Source: a virus
Taxonomy: Duplodnaviria > Caudoviricetes
IMG/VR virus record: IMGVR_UViG_3300015262_000004
Span: 560 to 64,559 of that record
DNA: 64,000 nucleotides
Strand: one strand, 5' to 3'
The position numbers and the translations under genes were made by a program. Below, in pieces: positions 37,117 to 47,969 of this stretch (position 1 is the first letter of the stretch; every line of letters starts with the position of its first letter). The notes below the pieces were generated by a model. It worked only from the letters and a program-made list of their open reading frames with translations, had not been told where the DNA came from and made no database searches.

Positions 37117-37279
37117 CCCCCGCCTGATGGAAGCCCCCATACCTTTCGAGGAAGCGCCGGAAACGGCTACCTCTGATTCCGACATCCTCCCCATCGTGGT
37201 TGGTAACAACCAGGCCTGCCTGCAGAACTTCGAACGGTACGGGGAGCTTCAACAGTGGATCAGGGGGCGGCAACCATGA
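36983..37279 (+). CDS. o-spanin (Rz1-like lipoprotein)
   Basis: Overlaps Rz in another frame; lipobox LNGC; Pro-rich. Confidence 0.75.
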   Translation: MLTGKLLNIAIVLLLVSVFCLLNGCSSTTAPAARPRSCPPPAQPDPRLMEAPIPFEEAPETATSDSDILPIVVGNNQACLQNFERYGELQQWIRGRQP

Positions 37280-37821
37280 ACAAAATCGAACAGATCATCG
37301 ACACCACCATTGGCAAAGAAGGGGGGTATGCAAACCACCCGGATGACAAGGGTGGCGAGACGATGTGGGGGATCACCAAGGTCGTAGCCAGGCGCAACGG
37401 TTACTACGGTGAGATGCGCAGCATGCCCCGGCCGACGGCCGTCGACATCTACACGCGTGAGTTTTTCACCGGTCCTCAGTTCGACAAGGTGCTGCAGCGC
37501 TCTATCCCGCTTGCGGAGGAGCTGTTTGATACCGGCGTGCTCTCAGGGCCAGGCACAGCCAGCCGCTTCCTACAGGTGGCACTCAACGGGTTCAACAACC
37601 AGGGCAAGTTGTACGGCGATATCGCCACAGACGGTGCAATCGGCAAGGGCACACTGGCAGCCCTGGACGCGTATCTGGACAAGCGTGGTGCCTCGGCCGT
37701 GGTGGTCATGATGCGTGCACTCAACTCCCAACAGGGGGCCTATTTCCTGGACATCAGCCAGACGCGTGAGGCCAACGAGTCGTTCACCTTTGGCTGGTTC
37801 CTCAATCGAGTGGTGATTTAG
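37276..37821 (+). CDS. endolysin, GH108 with peptidoglycan-binding domain
   Basis: EGGYANHPDDKGGETMWGIT; DGAIGKGTL; GWFLNR. Confidence 0.92.
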   Translation: MNKIEQIIDTTIGKEGGYANHPDDKGGETMWGITKVVARRNGYYGEMRSMPRPTAVDIYTREFFTGPQFDKVLQRSIPLAEELFDTGVLSGPGTASRFLQVALNGFNNQGKLYGDIATDGAIGKGTLAALDAYLDKRGASAVVVMMRALNSQQGAYFLDISQTREANESFTFGWFLNRVVI

Positions 37822-39036
37822 ATGGTCGACTCCGTACACCGCGCCGGTTGGTTGAATGGCATTAACAACCGGACGAATGCCAAGGGCCTGGCGCAGGGCG
37901 AAGTCCGCGACTCGGTCAACCTGGACGCGCTACCCGGGGGTCAGTTCGGCCTTCGATCGGGGTTTGTCCAGGTGGCCGGCGGTGCGGATGTACGGGGCGC
38001 GCTGGCCGTGGGTACCACGGTGCTACTCGCTGACGGTACCAACCTGCGGGCGTACGACGCGCTAACGAACAGTGAGTACACACTGTCTACCAACATTGCG
38101 CCGGCCGGCCGCTTCGCCGGTGCGGTGTGGAACGAGGAGCTGTTTTTCTGCACCGAAAATGCCAGCTTCCGTTACAAGGAGGGGGTTCTGCGTGACTGGG
38201 GAGTAACCACTGTCTCCAGTCAACCGGTGCCCTCGGTGGTGGGTGGTGGGTTGTCACTCGGGGACTACCAGGCGGCGGTTACCTTCGTCGACGCGTACGG
38301 CGATGAGGGGGGCACCGTCAACCCGATCGTGGTCACCGTACCGGATGGCTCGGGGCTGGTGTTCCACATGCCAACCCCGCCGGCTGGGGGTTCGGTCCGT
38401 CTTTACGTGGGTTCGGTACAAGGAGGCACGTTGTACCGCCAGTACCAGGGGGCCGGCGGCGGTGACGTCTATGTCAGTGCGATCGCGGATCAGTCGGCCC
38501 GTTTGACGACCCTCAATCGGCGCGCGCCGGCACCGGGTGATTTCATCTGTGAACACAACGGTGTCCTCGCCACGGCAGACGACAAGGTGTTGTGGCTCAG
38601 CGACCCGTTCCGTCCTCACCTGCGCAGCATGGGCAAGCGCTTTTTCAGCTTCGCGGCCCCCATCGGCGGGGTAGTTTCGGCCCATGGCGGCCTGTTCATC
38701 CTGGCGGACAAGACCTACTATCTCAGCAAGGTGGAGACACAGGAGCCAGATTTGTCCACCGTGCTCCCTTATTCTGGTGTACACGGAACAATGATGGTGA
38801 CACCGGATAACAAAGCGGTGTGGATGACCAAGTACGGCCTCGCCAGAAGCACTGGCCCTGGCCAGGCTGAGCTACTGAGTGCTCTGCGGTTTCTCCCGCA
38901 GCAGGCAACCCGGGGTCAGTCAGGCCTGATCGAGCACAACGGCAACCAGCTGCTGGTAACCACCATGCACCGGGCCGAGGACAACAACCCCCTGCGGGCC
39001 AGTGACTACTACGAAGCGGAGATAGTGACCCCATGA
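37822..39036 (+). CDS. tail/nozzle-associated structural protein
   Basis: Beta-rich 404 aa in the late operon. Confidence 0.6.
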   Translation: MVDSVHRAGWLNGINNRTNAKGLAQGEVRDSVNLDALPGGQFGLRSGFVQVAGGADVRGALAVGTTVLLADGTNLRAYDALTNSEYTLSTNIAPAGRFAGAVWNEELFFCTENASFRYKEGVLRDWGVTTVSSQPVPSVVGGGLSLGDYQAAVTFVDAYGDEGGTVNPIVVTVPDGSGLVFHMPTPPAGGSVRLYVGSVQGGTLYRQYQGAGGGDVYVSAIADQSARLTTLNRRAPAPGDFICEHNGVLATADDKVLWLSDPFRPHLRSMGKRFFSFAAPIGGVVSAHGGLFILADKTYYLSKVETQEPDLSTVLPYSGVHGTMMVTPDNKAVWMTKYGLARSTGPGQAELLSALRFLPQQATRGQSGLIEHNGNQLLVTTMHRAEDNNPLRASDYYEAEIVTP

Positions 39037-39548
39037 ATACCAGAGTGATGCAAGAAAACCTCGCCAAGCTGGGGTTTATCTATACCGGTGAGGTCGTCGA
39101 CCGTTTCGGCAACGTGTTGCAGCGTGGTGAAGACCACAACCTGCTGCCGGTGGAATCCCTCAGTTACCTGGCCAACTTGATTCTGGGGGTCGGCAACGTC
39201 CAGGCGCCCTGGTACGTCGGCGTGTTCGCCGGCAACTACACACCGACCTCAGCCACCAAGGCCACGGACCTACCCGGGTCGGTCGTTGAGTCGGTGTTGT
39301 ACAGCCAGGTATCCCGGCCGCAGTGGGCCGGCGTGCACAACGGCACCGGCCTGATCACCAACGCGGCCGATCGCGCCGAGTTCACCTTTACCGCAGACGC
39401 CACCTTGTACGGCGGCTTCCTGGTGTCGGACAACAACAAGGGCAGTGGTAGCGGGATCCTGTTGTCGATCGCGCGCTTCGCCACACCGTACGCCGTACCA
39501 AGCGGTTCTACTTTCAAGCTGGGCGTGGCGATCTCGCTGGTGTCCTAA
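39033..39548 (+). CDS. structural protein
   Basis: HNL...WYVGVF...YGGFL...LLS pattern. Confidence 0.6.
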   Translation: MNTRVMQENLAKLGFIYTGEVVDRFGNVLQRGEDHNLLPVESLSYLANLILGVGNVQAPWYVGVFAGNYTPTSATKATDLPGSVVESVLYSQVSRPQWAGVHNGTGLITNAADRAEFTFTADATLYGGFLVSDNNKGSGSGILLSIARFATPYAVPSGSTFKLGVAISLVS

Positions 39549-39572
39549 ACCCACTGCCACAGGGGCGCCGGT

Positions 39573-40706
39573 ATGACGAACAAGCTGGTAAAGCAGGCTA
39601 CCGGTACCCCGGCGTGGGATGCCGGCGCTGTCAGCGTGGCCGCGCTCGGCGGTGACGTGCAGGCGTCTTTCATCCTGGTGGGTGGGAGCAGCGGGGTCGC
39701 CGTGGGCCTGGCTTCGGTTGGCGCGGCCCTATCCCTAGGTGGTATCAGCCATGGGGTAAGGGCGCTCGCTGGCCAGCCCATCGAGGTCATCGAGGACGGA
39801 GCAGTAGTTGCGACCTCCACCGTTTCGTTCACGCCAGACGTCACTGTCCAGCTACGTCGCGTGGGGGCCATGGTCACTTACACCATCGGCAGTTGGACCT
39901 ATACCAGCCTGGCGCCGTCGGTGGGCATCGTCGAGCTGATGGCCGTCCTGTTCGCTGCGGGTGACGCGGTCGACACGCCGGTGCTGGTCCTCTATGAGGA
40001 AGTGGTAGATGGCGGCAAGCAGATCAACGAGGTGATGGTTTTCTCGGACAGCCTGTTGTACGACGCGTTCGTGTACGGCTGGCTCTCGGACGGGGTACAG
40101 CTCACCACTACCATGGCCGGCGACATCGAGCTGATCGGCACGCTCGCTGACTGGCTGGTGTTCGTAAACGAATACGCCCCGCAGGCCACCTACGAGGCGA
40201 TGTTGGCCAACCTGCTACGCATCCGCGACAGCGCGTCGGTAACGAATCAGGAGCTGCTGCAGTACGCCACGAACCTGATCACCGGTGCCGTCGGCCGATA
40301 CGCCGGCTTCGACTTCGAGGGGTTCACCCGCGTGGGTATGAGCACCTACGGCTGGAAGCGCGACGGCCTGTATCGGATTGAGGACGGCGACGACAACGGC
40401 GACCCTATCAGTGCGATCGTTGAGTTCGCATCGGAGGCCTTCGCCAATCAGATGAAAACCCGCATCGTTGCCTTGTTCTTCGGCCTCTCCACCGATGGCC
40501 AGGTGTTCGTGCGCCTGATTGACGACAACGCTCGGGAGGTGCTGTACCGCGCCAAGCGACAACAGGCCGAGTACCGCAGCAACCCGTATCAGGGCAACCA
40601 GGCCAAGCGCTGGGGGCTGCGCCTGGAAATCGTCGACGCGACCTCGGTCGTGCTCGATTCCGTCGAGTGGGTCGTGGGTTCGACCAACCGCCGCACAACA
40701 ACTTGA
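39573..40706 (+). CDS. tail structural protein
   Basis: 377 aa in the late operon. Confidence 0.6.
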   Translation: MTNKLVKQATGTPAWDAGAVSVAALGGDVQASFILVGGSSGVAVGLASVGAALSLGGISHGVRALAGQPIEVIEDGAVVATSTVSFTPDVTVQLRRVGAMVTYTIGSWTYTSLAPSVGIVELMAVLFAAGDAVDTPVLVLYEEVVDGGKQINEVMVFSDSLLYDAFVYGWLSDGVQLTTTMAGDIELIGTLADWLVFVNEYAPQATYEAMLANLLRIRDSASVTNQELLQYATNLITGAVGRYAGFDFEGFTRVGMSTYGWKRDGLYRIEDGDDNGDPISAIVEFASEAFANQMKTRIVALFFGLSTDGQVFVRLIDDNAREVLYRAKRQQAEYRSNPYQGNQAKRWGLRLEIVDATSVVLDSVEWVVGSTNRRTTT

Positions 40707-40718
40707 GGAGGCGCACCC

Positions 40719-41669
40719 ATGGCCACGTCTGAATATTCCGCCACGACCAGTCAGCTGTTCTCGAACGCGAGCACGGCCATAAGCTATGCCTCGGGTTCGG
40801 CCGGCCGGATCGGAGCGAACAACAAACCGACCTTGCTTAACCCGTCCCTGGATTACAGCGTCGGCGCCAAAAACTTCGGCCAGGCCCCGAAGTTCAGCGA
40901 CATTTTCGACGGTGCCGATAACACTGACGCGCACGTCGCGGGGTTGAACGACAAGGTGGATGCGTGGCTGGCCAAGTATTTCCCATCGATCAACGCCGGG
41001 TTCAAGAACGTGCCCGACGATTACCTGGTGGGTGTGATCAGCGGGGTCAAACCGTTCGGCATCTATGAGAGCGTATTCGACCTGGTCTGGCAACAAGCCC
41101 GCGATCGGGTCTATCGCACCGTCAACTCAGAACAGCGCACCCTTGAGGATTCGTTCTCAGCCCGGGGGTTTACCCTGCCGCCAGGTGCGCTGGTCGACTT
41201 GCTCGCTGAGGCGGAACGCAAGGGCACTGGCGACATCCTCAACGTGGTGCGGGAACAGGCCATCAAGAACGCGGACATCAAGGCCGACATCCTCAAACAC
41301 GCCGTGGGTATCGCGGCGCAGCTCAAGATGGGGATCCTCAACACCAGCGCCGAGTTCTTCAAGGCCTATTACAACGTGTACAACCTGGGCAACGAGACGG
41401 CGCGGATCCGCGCGCAGGCGTATCAGTCCTACTACAACGCGTTGGGTGATTACTACAACGTCGAGGTCAACTGGGAAAGCCTGCGCCTGCGGGCCGCAAC
41501 AGAGAAGGCGAACGTGGGGCTGGGCACCGACCGGAACAAGGTCGGTCTGTATGGCGGCGGTGACGGCGTGGCCCAAGCGCATGCCCAGGCAGCCCGTGGT
41601 TTCGCTGACGTGGCTGCGATGGCCAACAACGCCGCCGGCTCGTTGACTGCGCAGATCGAGACGATCTGA
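40719..41669 (+). CDS. virion protein
   Basis: FSARGFTLPPGAL motif; GAGGAGG RBS. Confidence 0.65.
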   Translation: MATSEYSATTSQLFSNASTAISYASGSAGRIGANNKPTLLNPSLDYSVGAKNFGQAPKFSDIFDGADNTDAHVAGLNDKVDAWLAKYFPSINAGFKNVPDDYLVGVISGVKPFGIYESVFDLVWQQARDRVYRTVNSEQRTLEDSFSARGFTLPPGALVDLLAEAERKGTGDILNVVREQAIKNADIKADILKHAVGIAAQLKMGILNTSAEFFKAYYNVYNLGNETARIRAQAYQSYYNALGDYYNVEVNWESLRLRAATEKANVGLGTDRNKVGLYGGGDGVAQAHAQAARGFADVAAMANNAAGSLTAQIETI

Positions 41670-43786
41670 TGAAAAAACCGGTCACCGTCAAGTTGCTGGC
41701 CAAGTCCGGTATGGGGGTGACCGGCTTCGCCAAGCGCTTGGGCAATCGCTGCAGCACGTCGGAGGCCCCGTCCGGGTACCAGATACACGACGGCTACATC
41801 CTCAAGGCACAGCGCAACATCAAGGGATACACCGTCCTGGTGATGGATACCCCGCTGTTCCTGATGCTCAGTGGGGACACCCGAACCAACACCGTTACGC
41901 CCAACCCCTCGGTCGCCGTCGGTGCCCGGGACGCCTTCTTGCCCTCGACCGAGCCTGCGGTTGTGCCTCCGACCACAACCTATACGGGGGTGGGTAAGGA
42001 GAGCAATTTCTACGTGCCGCCGGCACAGCCCAAGGATCCGGTGTCTGGTGTTTCTGACCTGCGGCTATGGGCGCCGGTGCAGTGGCGTGGCCCGGTGTTC
42101 TGCCTCGGTACCAAGCGACTGCCGTTCTTGGCTACCTCGGGTTTCAACGCGAAGTATGACAACCCGGACGCCTTCCCTTTCAGTCAGACCGTCACCCTCA
42201 CTGGCAAGATGGCCAGCTTCATGGCTTGCGCCCTACCGACGGGTACCGTCAACCAGTTGCGGAACACCTACCTGGGGCTGGCTCACTTCAATGTCAGCGA
42301 GGACGATCTGCCAGGCGACTGGACGCATCACCCGCGCCGTATGGTGGCCGGCCCCATTTACACGTCCGTGGCCGATCCGTGGCGTCTCACTCGGGATGCT
42401 GCAGCGATGTGGCAGTTCGGCGTGGCCTGGTCACCTGCAGGCGAGATGGAACCGGGGGCTGACCACTTCTGCCTGGTCAGTGAAATCTACAACCAGGTGC
42501 GCACGACGTGGACGCGGCACGACGGCGAAAGCTACAACCCGCCGTACTATGACCGTGAAGGGATGCACGCACTGGGTGTGTTCTTCGGTCGCCTGGCCCG
42601 CGACCAGTACAACCCCGACGACGCCCAGCCGATCTATGCCGAGCTGGTCGACCAGTTCATGGTCACCGCGCAGGATCTGCCGGTACCGGATCTGCGACCT
42701 TACCCACCCATGTTGGGCGGGGACTGGGATGGCGGCCCGCTGCGGCCGAACTTCGGCTACTTCGTAGACCCGTTGGTACTGCGCACGACCGAGGGGTTCA
42801 CCGCGTTCTGCAAGTACGAGCAGCAGCGCACGAACCAACCCGGGTTCAAAGTCCGCGCCATGCTGGTGGTCACACCCGATCGGACAACGCACACACTCAA
42901 GGCGGACGCCACGGGGATGGCTGCGGACTGGCCCAGCGGCGATGCCCATTACCTGACCTTGCCCGACTACGACCCGATGCAGCCCGTACGCTGCAACCCG
43001 TGGTTGGTGGGTGGGTTCACCGTCGACGGCGTCAACCCAGACGGCGACATCACGCACACCGCCTTCGCCCTGGTGTATGAGCATGACGACAGCGTGGCTG
43101 CAGAACAGCTGACGGAGTTCCCGTTGCCGTGGGTCAACATCGGGCAAAGCAAATGGGCACTCTACACCGTGGAGTCTGGGGCACCGACGCGCACCGTCCT
43201 CACCGAGGCCACGCCCAGCGCTTCCCCGGTGGCCACACTACTGACCAAGAACCTCGGTTACCCCATGATCCAGGTTAACGGCAGCATCTCGTTCTGGGGA
43301 GCCATGGGGTTCGACCTGGCCAAGCAGCAGCGACTGTGCAACTTCGCCAATGCCGGCAACGGGTTGGCCGTGACGGCCTCGATCGACAAGCCGTTTCCCA
43401 TGACCCTCACCGGTGGTACCACCGAGGATGGATCGGCGTTGCCGGCGCACGATGTCAAATGTGCGGTGGTCAACCTGTTGGACGGAACGATCGAGCAACG
43501 CGGGACGATCTTTGTCCGCGACCGGATCTACACATGGTGCTTCATTACCGTGGCGCAGCCCTACGACCCGGGCGACCCGGACCAGGGCATCCCTGAGACA
43601 CCCCCGACGTTGGTCGCTAGCACCCATGAGACGACGAACATCCCCGGCCCATCGGGGAAGACCTGGCTGTCTCGGGACGGTGGATGGACCTGGTCGGAAT
43701 ACGTCACCGACGTGGGGGCTCAAATGGGGGCACACCTGGTCGGCAACAGGCTATTCGAGTACGACCCCCTGAAACCATTCCTTTGA
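41669..43786 (+). CDS. tail-associated protein (Asp-box SRDGGWTW near C-terminus)
   Basis: 705-aa coupled ORF. Confidence 0.6.
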   Translation: MKKPVTVKLLAKSGMGVTGFAKRLGNRCSTSEAPSGYQIHDGYILKAQRNIKGYTVLVMDTPLFLMLSGDTRTNTVTPNPSVAVGARDAFLPSTEPAVVPPTTTYTGVGKESNFYVPPAQPKDPVSGVSDLRLWAPVQWRGPVFCLGTKRLPFLATSGFNAKYDNPDAFPFSQTVTLTGKMASFMACALPTGTVNQLRNTYLGLAHFNVSEDDLPGDWTHHPRRMVAGPIYTSVADPWRLTRDAAAMWQFGVAWSPAGEMEPGADHFCLVSEIYNQVRTTWTRHDGESYNPPYYDREGMHALGVFFGRLARDQYNPDDAQPIYAELVDQFMVTAQDLPVPDLRPYPPMLGGDWDGGPLRPNFGYFVDPLVLRTTEGFTAFCKYEQQRTNQPGFKVRAMLVVTPDRTTHTLKADATGMAADWPSGDAHYLTLPDYDPMQPVRCNPWLVGGFTVDGVNPDGDITHTAFALVYEHDDSVAAEQLTEFPLPWVNIGQSKWALYTVESGAPTRTVLTEATPSASPVATLLTKNLGYPMIQVNGSISFWGAMGFDLAKQQRLCNFANAGNGLAVTASIDKPFPMTLTGGTTEDGSALPAHDVKCAVVNLLDGTIEQRGTIFVRDRIYTWCFITVAQPYDPGDPDQGIPETPPTLVASTHETTNIPGPSGKTWLSRDGGWTWSEYVTDVGAQMGAHLVGNRLFEYDPLKPFL

Positions 43787-43795
43787 GGTGATTTG

Positions 43796-44440
43796 ATGAG
43801 CAGCCATTTAGTCATGATTGCCCGGACGGGCGGCGGATTGCAGAGCTACGGGCTGATCGCCATGGAACCGACGACGCAGGCAGTCTTGTGGGCTGAGCCC
43901 TGGAACCGGAACTTGCGCTATGACGTCAACGAAGCGATTGAGGACGCCATGGCCGCCCGCTACGGTACGGACAACACCCGGCTGTACAGTATCAACCAGT
44001 TGCTGGGGGCTACCCCGGACCATAAGGCGGTGCTCCTCATCGGCGCCATGGGGACGGTGTGGACAGGCACCCCAACCACCGTGTCCTTGACGCTCAAGCT
44101 GGTGACGATCGACCCGCCAGTGGGCGAAGTGTGGGGCGCGGTCACTGAAATATCCACGCTGACCCGCATCGAAGACCCGATCAACACAACCACCGGCGCG
44201 TTCATAGCCTTGCTCGGCACGGAAGGTACCACGGCCTACGTCTTGGCCCCGGACCCGGACCCAACGAAAGGTAGCGTGGTCTACAAGTTCAGCCTCGACG
44301 GCACCATAGAAATGGCGGTGTGCCCCACCACCGTGGTGAACCCGTCGGGTACTCAAGGCGAGGGGGAAATTGCGGGCATGTTGGTTAGTGTCGGCGGTGT
44401 CCACGGCCTCGCGTTCGGCAGGTTCTTGGCGACTGGTTAA
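43796..44440 (+). CDS. hypothetical protein
   Basis: GAGG RBS. Confidence 0.55.
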   Translation: MSSHLVMIARTGGGLQSYGLIAMEPTTQAVLWAEPWNRNLRYDVNEAIEDAMAARYGTDNTRLYSINQLLGATPDHKAVLLIGAMGTVWTGTPTTVSLTLKLVTIDPPVGEVWGAVTEISTLTRIEDPINTTTGAFIALLGTEGTTAYVLAPDPDPTKGSVVYKFSLDGTIEMAVCPTTVVNPSGTQGEGEIAGMLVSVGGVHGLAFGRFLATG

Positions 44441-44449
44441 GGAGGCACT

Positions 44450-44872
44450 ATGCACGGTTTCTACTGGACGAAGGTTGGCGCGGAATGGGTGCAGCTGGCT
44501 GCCGATACATCACAACCCTTTAATGGATACGTCTATACGCCCCCACCAATAAGCGTGGCGGTCAACTTGGCGGCCTTGGCCGGCGTATCGCCGAGTTACT
44601 ACTACGGCTACACGATCATCTCCAACCTGTTCCCCCAGTACAAAGAGGGCTCGGCGGCCTACTGGCTCGATGTGTGGGAGCATGATTTGTACGACACGAA
44701 CACCGGGGTAGCGGTTAGTCTCACCACGATCCTGACGGATACGCTGGCCAGCCTCCCCACCTATACCGGGGGGACCGCCCAGGAAATCACGGACGCGGTG
44801 TTCCACCCCCTTGTGGTGGTTCCACCACCGGCGTTCTGGCGGGATCTGGTCGACTGCACCGAGACGCCATAG
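44450..44872 (+). CDS. hypothetical protein
   Basis: AAGGAGG RBS. Confidence 0.6.
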   Translation: MHGFYWTKVGAEWVQLAADTSQPFNGYVYTPPPISVAVNLAALAGVSPSYYYGYTIISNLFPQYKEGSAAYWLDVWEHDLYDTNTGVAVSLTTILTDTLASLPTYTGGTAQEITDAVFHPLVVVPPPAFWRDLVDCTETP

Positions 44873-44882
44873 TCGGGATTCA

Positions 44883-44910
44883 CCCACGGCCGCGCTAAGG
44901 TGGCCGTGGG
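44883..44910. terminator. hairpin between convergent operons
   Basis: CCCACGGCCGC-6-GTGGCCGTGGG; no clear U tract. Confidence 0.5.
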
Positions 44911-44919
44911 GGTGACGAT

Positions 44920-47900
44920 CTAAGGCGTGGGCTGGGCGTTGGCTACAGCCGCCGTCTGCGTGTCCTCAGCGCTGTACAGTTCGCCGAGGCTGAGCATGTC
45001 CGGGTGTCGGTTGTTCAATACCCACACGTACTCTGGCGGCGTCTTGATGTTGGTCCCCTTGCCCATCGACTCCCGCTTGTTGTGCTGAATCAGAATCCCG
45101 CGCCGCTGCAGCTCACGCTGCACAGTGCCGGCGTCGAACTTCTGCGCACCACAGAACCGGCGGAACTGCACGCGGTGTATCAGCATGCGACCGGTGTGCA
45201 TCTCGACCCGCGTCAACAGCCTGTCAGATGCCGGCTCACGTAGCACCTGGCACATCCCGCCCGTGCGCGACTCACCCGAAATGACCAGCAAACTGCGCAG
45301 GTTCTGCGACACAAACTGCGCGATCAGATCCACTGGGCCGCTGGTGTAGTCGGTGATGTTGCTGCGCATGTTGTCCATGCACTGCAGGGCGAAATCCAAT
45401 TGCCGCTGGATGTTGACGTTGGTCAGCCGGCACTGATTCGACAGCTCGAACCCAGTCAGAACGCAGGCCACGGCGGCCGACCAGAACCGGTTTTCCGATT
45501 TGAGGTTGGCCATCTTGTCGACCTGGTTAACCCAGAACGCAACGCGTTCCTTTGCCCAGTCCAGGTTGTTCATCAGGAACCGAATGTAGATTTCCCCGGC
45601 CATGCCGTAGTGATCCAACAGCACGCCGCCGGTACCCCACACGCCGTCGGCTTCGGCCTTGGTCAACGTGTATTGCTCCACATGGAATTCGAACACGCGA
45701 TAGGACTCGGCCGATGCGTCGGCCTTCACCCGTGCCAGGCGTTCGACCAAGCTGGCGTTACCCGACACCAACAGCATCAGCTGCCAGTTGCCGTGGTTCT
45801 CGGCAGCTTCCCCGGTACGCTCCAACCTGTTGCGGCCTTGGCCCTTGCTGATCCGGTAGGCCAGCTCGGATACCTGGTCGTCTGGCAGGTTGGTGTGTTC
45901 GTCGTACGTCGCCGGCAAGTGGTGCAGCACCCCGAGCTTGGCGATGAACGAGTTCATGGTGTCGTTCTGAGCGTCAGCCCAACCCATCTTAGGGTGGCCG
46001 TAAATCGAGTTGGCAGACAGCGCGGCTGAGGACTTACCCCCGCCGGACTTACCCACCAGTGACACCAACACCCCCTCATAACTCGTTAGGACAAACAGGG
46101 GCGAGCCGAACCCGACGCCGAACCCGAACTGCAGACCTTCCAGCCCGTCGCGTTCGTAGATCGCCATGGCCTGGCACCAGGTGGCCAGGTCGCCCTTGGC
46201 TTCCTTGTACTTGAGGTGACGCGTGATGTTGCGGCTCGGGTTGATCACCTCGACGCCGCCGGCTGTGATGATCCGATCAGGCAGCACGAACTGATCCATC
46301 TTGTCGTTCCACCCGAGCTGGGCATATTGACGATGGGCCTTCACGGCTTTCTGCAGATCCATGAGGTAGCCAAGCATATAGCTCACCATGTAATCGATGT
46401 TGTTCATGTCGACGAACACGCCCATGTTCCCCAGCATCGAGGACCATTTGCGTTTGTCGTACAGGGCGCCGCCGGGGATCTCGAATTCCTGCCAGCCGTC
46501 TTGCGGCAGGTAGCTACGGATCACCGCCGAATACGTGCGGGTGCGTTCATCGAATATCAGCATCGACGGATAGATGTCGTTGCCGTAGATGAGTTCGTCC
46601 CACGTCGCGCCGTCCTTGTCGGTCTTGGTTGCGTAGACGCTGTGGGTTCCCGTCGCGGCGTTGAGCATGCGCTTGAACCCGTTGGGCGGCGGCACAAGCT
46701 GTTGGGTTACGACGGCGCCCGTTGGGCTCACCAGCTGCATCACCGGCGGCGGCGCGGCTTCGACTTCGCGAACGATCTGCAGCGGGGTTTTGATCTTGCC
46801 CTTGTACGGGCAACCGTCACACCCACCAGGGCGTTTGCTCTCGAAGGTCGTGCACAGAGTCGCGCCGGTGTTGTTGTCTTCGTGCTGTTGGATCTTGCGC
46901 AGCATCACCGAGGAGTCGTACTGCGGGTGGCTGCGCGACATGAAGTGACAGGCCTTGATTCCGTCCTGTGCGTGGCGCAAGCAGCCCAGCATCGCGTACC
47001 AACTATCCTCGGGAACGTAGGCCTGGTTCGCCGCCTGCCATGCCAGCTGTTTGCACATCGGGACGATCTTGCGGGCGTCCGCTTTCAGGTAGCTGACGCC
47101 ATTCAGCGCAGCCTGGTTCAACCCGCTGACGTCGGCTTCGACGTTCGGGCGCATGCCTGGCAGCAGCGGGGAATTACCAGTGAGGAGGATTTGCGAATGG
47201 TGTTGCTGGATGGGCTGGATGTCCAGCGATTCGGCACGGTGTGCCAACGCGTTGAGGAACGCGTCTGTGGGGATGACCCCGCCCTGCAGGAGCAAGCTGA
47301 CTTCACGCTGTACCGTGGGCTTGTAGTTCCAGGTACCGAGGGGACGCAGCACCGAGGCGCGGTCCGCTGTGCGGGTCGGGTCAGCGCGTAGCCCCCAACT
47401 GATCGTCAGCTGCTTGAGGATGTTCGCGTAGTGCTGCCACTTCTCCGGGTCGATCGCCTCGGTCAGTGGCCAGTAAACGTGTAACCCACCGCCGCTGGAA
47501 ACGACCGTGGGTTTGGGGAACTGCATCGCCGTGTTGAACCTGCGCAAGGCTTCGCAGGCTTCGTTGAGCGTGGCGTATGCCTGGGGTGACGGCTTGACAT
47601 CGATGTCGATCCAAAACGCTTTGATCAGATCGGTGTTGTCGTAGCCGCGCTTGTGTTTGCCCCGTACTTTGACACCCATTTTCTCCCGCTCGGGGGCCTT
47701 GATCTGGGTGTAATCCTGTTTGACGGTAGCCAGGGCGAAATAGGTCTGAGCTGGTTCGCGTTGGTCGTAGGCTAATCGCAGGGCGTGTTCGGCCGCTGCC
47801 TCAATTGTCGGGTGACAGAAGTGTCTGAAACTGGTCTTAGGTACGCCCGATTCTCGATCCACCCAATGCGTTGGTATCAGCACCAGGTACAGCCCACTCG

Positions 47901-47937
47901 ATGGCCAGATCAGTCTGAGAAATTCGACTGTTGTCAC
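44920..47937 (-). CDS. primase-helicase (AEP-type primase, DUF927-type helicase region)
   Basis: FWIDID, SGGGLHVYW, LRPLGTWN, Cys cluster CDGCP, GKSGGGKS, TYDE. Confidence 0.88.
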   Translation of the reverse strand: MTTVEFLRLIWPSSGLYLVLIPTHWVDRESGVPKTSFRHFCHPTIEAAAEHALRLAYDQREPAQTYFALATVKQDYTQIKAPEREKMGVKVRGKHKRGYDNTDLIKAFWIDIDVKPSPQAYATLNEACEALRRFNTAMQFPKPTVVSSGGGLHVYWPLTEAIDPEKWQHYANILKQLTISWGLRADPTRTADRASVLRPLGTWNYKPTVQREVSLLLQGGVIPTDAFLNALAHRAESLDIQPIQQHHSQILLTGNSPLLPGMRPNVEADVSGLNQAALNGVSYLKADARKIVPMCKQLAWQAANQAYVPEDSWYAMLGCLRHAQDGIKACHFMSRSHPQYDSSVMLRKIQQHEDNNTGATLCTTFESKRPGGCDGCPYKGKIKTPLQIVREVEAAPPPVMQLVSPTGAVVTQQLVPPPNGFKRMLNAATGTHSVYATKTDKDGATWDELIYGNDIYPSMLIFDERTRTYSAVIRSYLPQDGWQEFEIPGGALYDKRKWSSMLGNMGVFVDMNNIDYMVSYMLGYLMDLQKAVKAHRQYAQLGWNDKMDQFVLPDRIITAGGVEVINPSRNITRHLKYKEAKGDLATWCQAMAIYERDGLEGLQFGFGVGFGSPLFVLTSYEGVLVSLVGKSGGGKSSAALSANSIYGHPKMGWADAQNDTMNSFIAKLGVLHHLPATYDEHTNLPDDQVSELAYRISKGQGRNRLERTGEAAENHGNWQLMLLVSGNASLVERLARVKADASAESYRVFEFHVEQYTLTKAEADGVWGTGGVLLDHYGMAGEIYIRFLMNNLDWAKERVAFWVNQVDKMANLKSENRFWSAAVACVLTGFELSNQCRLTNVNIQRQLDFALQCMDNMRSNITDYTSGPVDLIAQFVSQNLRSLLVISGESRTGGMCQVLREPASDRLLTRVEMHTGRMLIHRVQFRRFCGAQKFDAGTVQRELQRRGILIQHNKRESMGKGTNIKTPPEYVWVLNNRHPDMLSLGELYSAEDTQTAAVANAQPTP

Positions 47938-47969
47938 GGCGCCTCCATACTTATTATTCGGCGGGCAGG